A stretch of 57,429 nucleotides of DNA, from positions 1 to 57,429 of IMG/VR virus record IMGVR_UViG_3300023184_000150; one strand, 5' to 3'. The notes below the pieces were generated by a model. It worked only from the letters and a program-made list of their open reading frames with translations, searched no databases and was not told where the DNA came from. The stretch comes from a virus (Duplodnaviria; Caudoviricetes). Of this stretch, positions 51,038-57,429 are shown in pieces. Every line of letters starts with the position of its first letter. The first letter of the stretch is position 1. The translations under genes and the position numbers were made by a program.

Positions 51038-51421
51038 TTAATTTGTTTCATGTTCTTTGCTTAGTATCTCTGTTATTTTTAATTGTTCTTCAGCGCGGGC
51101 AAGTTCTTTTTTAGCACGATTTATATTTTCTCTAGCAAGTTTAACAGCGGGATTATCGTTGGGCAAGGATATTAGAACTTCTTCCTCTATCTTTTTCTTT
51201 CGTACCCAATCTAATAATCCTAAGGAGTATTCGTCTAATGTGACAGTTGCGTAACTAGATGGCAATGTCTTCCAACTAGTATGGTCAAATACTTGCAAAT
51301 CTGAACCCCATACACGAACCATTCCCTGTATGGGATTTTCATTAGTCATGCTAATGTAAGGTACAGACGTGTCGCCACCTGATACCCTAACACCGACGCC
51401 GCTGGCTAGACCTTTTATCAT
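51038..51421 (-). CDS. Hypothetical phage protein
   Basis: 127-aa ORF; ATGA overlap with the clamp gene. Confidence 0.65.
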   Translation of the reverse strand: MIKGLASGVGVRVSGGDTSVPYISMTNENPIQGMVRVWGSDLQVFDHTSWKTLPSSYATVTLDEYSLGLLDWVRKKKIEEEVLISLPNDNPAVKLARENINRAKKELARAEEQLKITEILSKEHETN

Positions 51422-52152
51422 GCGTTTGCTGGAATAATATATTTGTAAGTAGCCAAGCCGCTATCTAAAGTGATCTGCATAGCACCTTCATTACTAAAAC
51501 TAATTTTAGTATTGTTAGCATCTGCAACTTTCAAAATGCTCAACACACTGGTTACAGGCCATGTCCATGCTTTAGTAATCTTTCCAACAACACCTGTAGC
51601 AAATACAAATTCACCACCGTGACTGCTAACATCGCCGAATGTAAATGTTAATTTGTCGCCTTCTGTTTTAGCCAAGAAAGTTGTATGTTCTGTATTAGCA
51701 CCTGCCTGGAATTGAAAACGTTGAACAGAAGCAAGTGTTGGCTCAACTTCAACATCCCATTTAACACCACGGAATTTAACAGTTTTCAATTTTTCATTGA
51801 TAATGTCTTGATTCATAAAGCGATAATCATTTTTAAAATCGCCGTCTTTGTTTTCAAAGTGAAGACCAACTGGAATAGTTTCGCCATTACGTTCAGCAGT
51901 AACTACTTCAATTTTAGAATCTTCTTGATATTCTTTACCATCTAATAGATAGCGTAGTTTTTCAAGTTGTGGCATACCATATGTACCAATCATATCTGGA
52001 TATGGATTAGCAGTCTCGGCATACATAATAACTGTACGGTCATCTGCCATACTGTCAATTTGTGTTTTTTGATCTGTGCCTGTAATTTTAACAATGTTAA
52101 GAAAGCCTAATTTGTTAGTATGTGCAACAATGTCTTGTAGAATAGATTTCAT
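51418..52152 (-). CDS. Probable sliding clamp (gp45/PCNA-like)
   Basis: 244 aa with alpha/beta repeat pattern and C-terminal YKYIIP; directly downstream of the DNA polymerase. Confidence 0.6.
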   Translation of the reverse strand: MKSILQDIVAHTNKLGFLNIVKITGTDQKTQIDSMADDRTVIMYAETANPYPDMIGTYGMPQLEKLRYLLDGKEYQEDSKIEVVTAERNGETIPVGLHFENKDGDFKNDYRFMNQDIINEKLKTVKFRGVKWDVEVEPTLASVQRFQFQAGANTEHTTFLAKTEGDKLTFTFGDVSSHGGEFVFATGVVGKITKAWTWPVTSVLSILKVADANNTKISFSNEGAMQITLDSGLATYKYIIPANA

Positions 52153-52170
52153 AATAATTTCCTTTTAGTT

Positions 52171-52199
52171 AGTTTATTTAGATTTAGGGAGAAAGTCAA
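52171..52199 (-). promoter_or_regulatory. Sigma70-type promoter with an embedded TAAATA late-like element
   Basis: TTGACT-17-TAAACT. Confidence 0.55.
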
Positions 52200-52207
52200 G
52201 TAATATT

Positions 52208-54880
52208 TTAATCAAAACTGAATAAAGAATTAAATGTGTTTGTTTCGGTTGTTGATTCTAGATCCCACTCTAGAACTCCAATAAGATTATCAAGTTTGTT
52301 ATTAATAATAGTTGCTTCCATTTCAGCATGATCAAATGGCAAGTCTTGGAACCATTTAGGTAGTCTAAGTTCATCAACCGGATATGCAATACTTGTATAT
52401 CCTAGAGGATTAGCTTTTACCTTGCAAACAATAACTTTCATACCATCGACAATTTGTTGGCTGTATTTGTCACCGTTCATACGTTTAAGAGTATTCCAAT
52501 TGATACTGGCACGGACATGTCCTGGCATATTTGCCTTGCCCGCTTTCTTTTCTTTTTCTTGATACTCAGCAATATTGTTTGCACGTTTCGGACTACCTTT
52601 TTCCCAGCCGGGGCGGGCTTTAAACTCAGTTCGGAATTCAGAAATCATTTCTAAAATTTCATCTTCCTGACTGCCATTTAAAACTTTTGTTAGAACTTCT
52701 TCCAAGAACTTTTGCATAAATTCCGGAGTATCACTACGCTTCAAATCTAAGCCCATGGCTTTGATCTTGCCGGGTTTAGTTTCGCTATCATATCTCTTGC
52801 CATCCTTATCATAGTACAATACAGCATAACGCTTCTTGGTAATGAACAAGCCTTTAATAGCAACGATTTCACGTCCTGCCTTAATAACCTCTCCACGACT
52901 CTTTGGACAGTGGAAAGCATCTAACATGAACTGCGGAAATGTAGCATTAACATTATCTGCAATCGTGTTATACAATTGGATAGCAATATCTTTATCCCAG
53001 GGAATAAGTTTCTTTTGGATATCAATTTTCAATGTATTGTAAGCAGAAAAATAACATGAGTCTGTGTCACCGTAAATAATACTCTTACCAACGTGATCAA
53101 AATCACCTGTGATAACTTCATTAACCTTACCTGCCATATGACGAGCAATAGCACGACCTGTTAGTGTAGTACTTTGTCCAATACGCTTGTCAAAGAATCT
53201 GCAACCTGGATTAAGAATAGCACCATACAAACTATTCAAGTTAATCTTCTTAACCAGTTGTCGTTTGTCCCAATATTCTTCTTCAATCTTATTACCGGCA
53301 TCCATTGCTACTTTAAGTTTCTTCTGCATATCCTTACGCTCACTATACCAGCGAGCCAACAAGCCTGGGATAATACCTTCTTGTTCATAGGTAAAGATTG
53401 TACCATTGGCACTGAGCATCCACGGATTATTACTTTCATAAATTAATCTATAAGCTTCTGCTCCACTTATAATATCATGTTCTCCATTTTCCCAATCAAT
53501 AGTAAGTTCGTATGCACGATCTTGACGCATCACCGCTTCGTATTCTAAACTACCAAACATACCTTCCCATGCGGCAGCAAATGATTTTTTATGTAATGTA
53601 GTTTGCTCGTGAATAAATTCATCGGTATTAGTTTGACGTATTTGCCCAACAATAGTTTCTGGACCCATATTCAATGCTCGAATTACACTTGGATATAGAC
53701 TGTTAATGTCCATACTGCCAATATAGTCATGTAATCCTTTTTTAGGATATGCTACATACGCACCTGCTGCTTGATTGTTTTCTGTTTCGTCACGTTTGGC
53801 ACGACTTGGAACAATTAATCCTCTGTGATGTGCTTCATTAACAATAGCCTGTTCTGTAACGGCAACAGCACCCATTGTGGTTTGTAGCAATACAGTACAT
53901 TCATGTGCCAGTGTATTAGCAAGATCGATAAACTTTAGTTTCTTATCTAGCTTGTCAAGTAGTGCGGTATCCTGTCTATTATATTCAATGAACTTGCGGA
54001 AGTCATTGTTATATAACTGATCCAATGTACCTTCATAAACAGTTTTACTTTCACCTATCTCCATTTCTCCAATGGCATCGAGTCTGTAGGTGTGACGTTC
54101 TTCATAGGTATATTTCCTGTACAATTCGAGACTGTCCAGATGAACGCGACCAATAAGATCATAAGTAATAGCCTGTTTCCCATATTTCTCATATTCTCTT
54201 TTCTTTGGAAATTGATCCCACAAACAGAATCTGCGAGTATCTTCTTTACTTAGTACTTTTGTAACACGATTGACTGTGTAAGGAATATCAAACCCTTCAC
54301 TATTCCACCCACTTAGAATATCAGCATCTTCGATTAGATTTAAAAATGCATCCAACATTTCTGCTTCTGTTTCAAACAATATTGTGTTAGGAAAATCTTT
54401 AACTTGTTCCTGTGCTTGTTCCATGGTTAGTGTTTTAGGTGGAACAGCAAAACAAACTAATGTATCCATCCATTGTAAATGAACCGCAATACTTGTAATT
54501 GGCATGAAAGCATCTTCAGGAGTGCTATAGCCACGTTCTGGATCAAAATCAACTTCAATGTCAAAAAACGCTACATGAAGTTTTGGGGCATCAATACCGA
54601 GATAGTGATCTTCTAAACATCGGAAAGCCGGTTTAATATCACTTTCGTAAAGCCTACGTTCGCCGTGGATACGTAGTTCTTTTTGGAAGTCCTTGTTATT
54701 TCTACAAGATACTTTGCTTAGATTCTCACCGTAGATTGATTTGTACTTACCCTTTTGATCAGGATAATAAAAAATGAACTTGGCAGGATATTCTTGATAA
54801 ATTCTGCCCTTCTTTGCATCGCGCTCAACTACCTTAACGATATCTTTGTCGCGATCCCACCATGCATCAACATATGACAT
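52208..54880 (-). CDS. Family B DNA polymerase (gp43-like) with 3'-5' exonuclease
   Basis: FFDIE, GWNSEGFDIPY, YNRQD, DINSLYPS, KINLNSLYG, YGDTDS, KKRY; no intein seen. Confidence 0.97.
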   Translation of the reverse strand: MSYVDAWWDRDKDIVKVVERDAKKGRIYQEYPAKFIFYYPDQKGKYKSIYGENLSKVSCRNNKDFQKELRIHGERRLYESDIKPAFRCLEDHYLGIDAPKLHVAFFDIEVDFDPERGYSTPEDAFMPITSIAVHLQWMDTLVCFAVPPKTLTMEQAQEQVKDFPNTILFETEAEMLDAFLNLIEDADILSGWNSEGFDIPYTVNRVTKVLSKEDTRRFCLWDQFPKKREYEKYGKQAITYDLIGRVHLDSLELYRKYTYEERHTYRLDAIGEMEIGESKTVYEGTLDQLYNNDFRKFIEYNRQDTALLDKLDKKLKFIDLANTLAHECTVLLQTTMGAVAVTEQAIVNEAHHRGLIVPSRAKRDETENNQAAGAYVAYPKKGLHDYIGSMDINSLYPSVIRALNMGPETIVGQIRQTNTDEFIHEQTTLHKKSFAAAWEGMFGSLEYEAVMRQDRAYELTIDWENGEHDIISGAEAYRLIYESNNPWMLSANGTIFTYEQEGIIPGLLARWYSERKDMQKKLKVAMDAGNKIEEEYWDKRQLVKKINLNSLYGAILNPGCRFFDKRIGQSTTLTGRAIARHMAGKVNEVITGDFDHVGKSIIYGDTDSCYFSAYNTLKIDIQKKLIPWDKDIAIQLYNTIADNVNATFPQFMLDAFHCPKSRGEVIKAGREIVAIKGLFITKKRYAVLYYDKDGKRYDSETKPGKIKAMGLDLKRSDTPEFMQKFLEEVLTKVLNGSQEDEILEMISEFRTEFKARPGWEKGSPKRANNIAEYQEKEKKAGKANMPGHVRASINWNTLKRMNGDKYSQQIVDGMKVIVCKVKANPLGYTSIAYPVDELRLPKWFQDLPFDHAEMEATIINNKLDNLIGVLEWDLESTTETNTFNSLFSFD

Positions 54881-54886
54881 ATTTTT

Positions 54887-54940
54887 CCTCCTCGTGATTT
54901 AATGGCTCACTGACCGTCTTATAATCAATTATGGCTGATT
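54887..54940 (-). promoter_or_regulatory. Tandem stem-loops plus SD in the DNA polymerase leader (putative translational operator)
   Basis: AAUCA-GCCAUAAU-UGAUU and GUGA-GCCAUUAAA-UCAC, directly followed by GAGGAGG. Confidence 0.6.
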
Positions 54941-54949
54941 CAACCTTAC

Positions 54950-55243
54950 TCATAAATTATTTAGCATCCTAAATAGACCAATGCTATCTATGGTGACCAA
55001 CAAACAGTAGTTTGCGAACATTCCAAAAGAACGTCTAGAAATACAAGCCCATCCATACATAATACACTGGCAAATAAAAATAGGATACAATATAATAAGA
55101 GGCGGAGTAGGAACAGTGAGCGCCATAGTAACACTACATCCGATACTAAGCGCCCAAGCCGTAACTTCAACGATAAAACGTAAAGGGTAAACTTTATAGT
55201 CATTACGTATCCAATTAATTATGTTTAATATAACTTTATTCAT
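54950..55243 (-). CDS. Small membrane protein
   Basis: About three hydrophobic segments; start MNKVIL at 55243 overlaps the upstream stop. Confidence 0.65.
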   Translation of the reverse strand: MNKVILNIINWIRNDYKVYPLRFIVEVTAWALSIGCSVTMALTVPTPPLIILYPIFICQCIMYGWACISRRSFGMFANYCLLVTIDSIGLFRMLNNL

Positions 55244-55508
55244 CAGTACGACGATGTGAATGCCCACTGATATCCACAATGGTTTCCAAATCATCAAACT
55301 CTTTCCATACGCTGTCCCATTGATCTTTTTGTGCAATACGGATTGCTTTTTTAATCACGCTGGGCTTAACCTCAAGTTCCTCTGCCACTGCTTTAATGGT
55401 ATCGTTAAGGCCTTCGGTAAGGTCTTGAATCTCTTGCATAACGGTCATGCCTTCTGCAACGATTTGTTTAATTTTGGCCTGTTCAGGCGCTCCAAATGCT
55501 TTACCCAT
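55236..55508 (-). CDS. dsDNA-binding protein (T4 DsbA / GapR-like)
   Basis: Helical pattern EIQDL.E.LNDTIKAVAEELEVKPSVIKKAIRI; ATG 55508 follows AGGAG. Confidence 0.6.
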   Translation of the reverse strand: MGKAFGAPEQAKIKQIVAEGMTVMQEIQDLTEGLNDTIKAVAEELEVKPSVIKKAIRIAQKDQWDSVWKEFDDLETIVDISGHSHRRTDE

Positions 55509-55515
55509 AAAAAAT

Positions 55516-55557
55516 CTCCTTGTAAGTAAGTATATACTCAACAAGGAGGTTTGTCAA
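55516..55557 (-). promoter_or_regulatory. Sigma70 promoter nested in an RBS-pairing inverted repeat
   Basis: TTGACA(55557-55552)-17-TATACT(55534-55529); 8-bp inverted repeat 55516-55523/55541-55548. Confidence 0.65.
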
Positions 55558-55565
55558 GGTTTATT

Positions 55566-56108
55566 TTATAAACGAGCGTCTATAATGTTCCAATTGATAA
55601 TTTTCCAATGATTAGTTAGATAACCTTTTTTGTCTGCAAGGTAATCAATGTTGAAGGCATGCTCCCACCAATCTATTAGCAGTATAATATCATTTTTAAT
55701 TTGGTGATTAGTGATAGTTTTGATCTCACCATTACGAGCAAGATAGACCCATCCACTGCCCTGTATTGCCATAGCAACTTTGGTAAATTCATCTTTGAAG
55801 TTTTCAAATGATTTAAAATGTTTGTCAATAAATTCTTTGGATGTACCAATTGGTGTATTGTCCTCATCTGGAATCTGTAATTGTGGAAAATACATGCTAT
55901 GTAAGTACGCACCTGCTTCATTGAAGTCTAAATCGCCTTCACCGGAATTGAAACGATTAACATAAGTTCTATATAGTTTGCCATAATGATAATCTATAGC
56001 ATCCTCACTTAGCACAGGTTCTAGAGCATCGCGGGCATAGGATAACTTCACTTGTTCAAGTGTTTTAATCTCCTTACCTTCTACTACATATTTTATAAAA
56101 TTAAACAT
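55566..56108 (-). CDS. sod: Fe/Mn superoxide dismutase
   Basis: L.Y..DALEP, YHY, LHSMYF, GSGWVYL, DWWEHA; all four metal ligands identifiable. Confidence 0.88.
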   Translation of the reverse strand: MFNFIKYVVEGKEIKTLEQVKLSYARDALEPVLSEDAIDYHYGKLYRTYVNRFNSGEGDLDFNEAGAYLHSMYFPQLQIPDEDNTPIGTSKEFIDKHFKSFENFKDEFTKVAMAIQGSGWVYLARNGEIKTITNHQIKNDIILLIDWWEHAFNIDYLADKKGYLTNHWKIINWNIIDARL

Positions 56109-56797
56109 TATTTGTTTTTACCAGATCTCATATTAGCCATCCAATGTGCAAGTTGTCCCTTACGACCGCCTTGATGTGCTATCTTACGTAATGTACTTAT
56201 CTTTCCTTTGGTAGGAACATGATAACGCTTTGAGTCGCCTTTATCTTCAGGATGGCGGCCATCGGCAAAGTTTTCTTTTTGTGTAGGAATATGATTTGGA
56301 CCGTAACTTATCCTACTGCCTACAATTTGTTCTAATCCAACATGTAATGCAGGTCCTGATAAATGTTTTCGTAGCCATTTTTCTGCTAGATTGTTTATAA
56401 TTTTTTCGTTAGCATGAACAACGCCACCTTGACTTTTACTATGAACATACGCATGATATGCTTCGTGTGCCGCCTGTGCTACATCTTTTGCTGCTTTGCT
56501 GTCTAAGTTTGGTAAGTTGATACTGCCCACTCCGTCCCCTGTATCTCTAAACATAGGAGGCCCGCTGCTTTGATAAACATAATACATTCCGGGTCCTAAC
56601 TCGTCATCGTCATCAGTTACTCGATCTCTTCCTAAGATATTTTGAATTACGTCATATGCTGTCCATAGTGTAGGAGCAGGTGCGCCACCAACATGTGTTG
56701 TTGGAAGCATAGGTTTATCTTCTGGATCAAAATCACCGTAACGTGCTTTTAAATCTGCATCACTTGCAAGAGCCTCAAGTAATTCATTGATACGCAT
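56108..56797 (-). CDS. Hypothetical protein with HExxH motif and basic C-terminal module
   Basis: MRINELLE N-terminus; AHEAYH; ENFADG...AHWMANMRSG tail. Confidence 0.65.
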   Translation of the reverse strand: MRINELLEALASDADLKARYGDFDPEDKPMLPTTHVGGAPAPTLWTAYDVIQNILGRDRVTDDDDELGPGMYYVYQSSGPPMFRDTGDGVGSINLPNLDSKAAKDVAQAAHEAYHAYVHSKSQGGVVHANEKIINNLAEKWLRKHLSGPALHVGLEQIVGSRISYGPNHIPTQKENFADGRHPEDKGDSKRYHVPTKGKISTLRKIAHQGGRKGQLAHWMANMRSGKNK

Positions 56798-57088
56798 TTA
56801 GCAATTCCATTTTCTTAATGATAATGCTTTGCGTGTAGGTTCGCCGTTAGGCTTTTTCATAGGACCATCAACCCCGCCCATCCTTGCACAGAATGATTTA
56901 CGGCGTTTAGCATCTTTACTACCTGCTTTCAATTTGCTTGGTTTAGTAGTAACTGCTGTTTGTAGTTTGCTACCAGGGTGCTCTCTACGATAACTAGCAA
57001 CACCTTTGGCATTTAGTCCGCCAGACTTGCTTTTGCCGGCCTTACGATGCCAAGCAGCAGATTCATTTATAAACTCGTATGCTCTCAT
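56798..57088 (-). CDS. Small basic phage protein (DUF6321-like)
   Basis: GGLNAKG..SY, RRKSFCARM, ALSLRKWNC; MRAYEFINE N-terminus. Confidence 0.7.
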   Translation of the reverse strand: MRAYEFINESAAWHRKAGKSKSGGLNAKGVASYRREHPGSKLQTAVTTKPSKLKAGSKDAKRRKSFCARMGGVDGPMKKPNGEPTRKALSLRKWNC

Positions 57089-57428
57089 TGTTTTTTCACC
57101 TTTGGCTGACGGGCTTTATACAAGGCCGCTGTGGCCATTACTTTTTTTTTTCTGGGGTCTTATTTTTGAATTGGTGATACTTTTGTGGATCAGCATTTTG
57201 GAAATTATCAACCCAAGCATCTAAATCCATAGTAGGTTCCAATTGTCTTTCTAACATAGAGTTCAATGATTCAAAGTATGTATTATTACCTTCCGCCCTA
57301 CGTTGCTCTACTGGTTCCCAATCTAATTTTTTACCGTTGGGTAAAATTGCAAAACACGGTCCGTCGATCATTTTAGATTGTCTAATTTTTGCATCTGGAA
57401 AATTAGATTTAACTAATTGAAACCATTG
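57085..57428 (-). CDS. 3' part of a gene that starts beyond the window, with an apparent frameshift at an A10 tract
   Basis: Frame is open from the window edge to TAA 57138. One extra A at 57142-57151 extends it (VMATAALYKARQPKVKKQ) to a TGA that overlaps the next ATG. Confidence 0.55.
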
Positions 57429-57429
57429 C

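Noticed and set aside
52208-54880. Intein or intron in the DNA polymerase (also checked thyA and gp46)
   Set aside because: Lengths are normal and motifs contiguous; no splice-junction motifs.
667-57224. Many short antisense or alternate-frame ORFs (e.g. 2747-3004, 20653-21003, 49187-49570, 46809-47111)
   Set aside because: They lie within well-supported genes and show no motifs or RBS; treated as shadow ORFs.
1-57429. CRISPR array, tRNA or rRNA genes
   Set aside because: No regularly spaced repeats and no cloverleaf or T-loop pattern seen by eye; nearly all sequence is coding.
1-57429. Stop-codon reassignment as in some jumbo phages
   Set aside because: Conserved genes are full length and densely packed under the standard code.

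Overview
AT-rich segment of a large T4-superfamily-like (jumbo, probably myovirus-type) phage genome that uses the standard genetic code. It has three blocks. (1) Minus strand, 1-5.4 kb: a hairpin-dense non-coding region at the left edge, a small GIY-YIG nuclease, a methyltransferase, two histone-H1(Hc1)-like basic proteins, gp46/gp47 (Rad50/Mre11) and a gp55-like late sigma factor. (2) Plus strand, 5.6-36.8 kb: baseplate and tail genes (gp48/54-, gp53-, gp5+GH19-, gp25- and gp6-like), a 5243-aa giant virion protein and three paralogous fibre proteins. (3) Mostly minus strand, 36.8-57.4 kb: thyA, a MoxR ATPase/VWA-peptidase pair, RNase H, a 7-deazaguanine cluster, sliding clamp, family B DNA polymerase, a DsbA-like protein, SOD and small proteins with capsid-targeting-like N-termini. 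The best candidate for an undescribed system is the deazaguanine cluster: a TGT/DpdA2-like enzyme, QueD-like and QueE genes, a GT4 glycosyltransferase that resembles (from recall) the eukaryotic queuosine mannosyltransferase GTDC1/QTMAN, and a GDP-mannose dehydratase. Together these suggest a sugar-hypermodified deazaguanine. Other candidates are a structured ncRNA next to the minimal GIY-YIG nuclease, a tandem-hairpin operator before the polymerase gene, and an RBS-occluding hairpin. All protein calls come from motif recognition by eye; no database searches were run.
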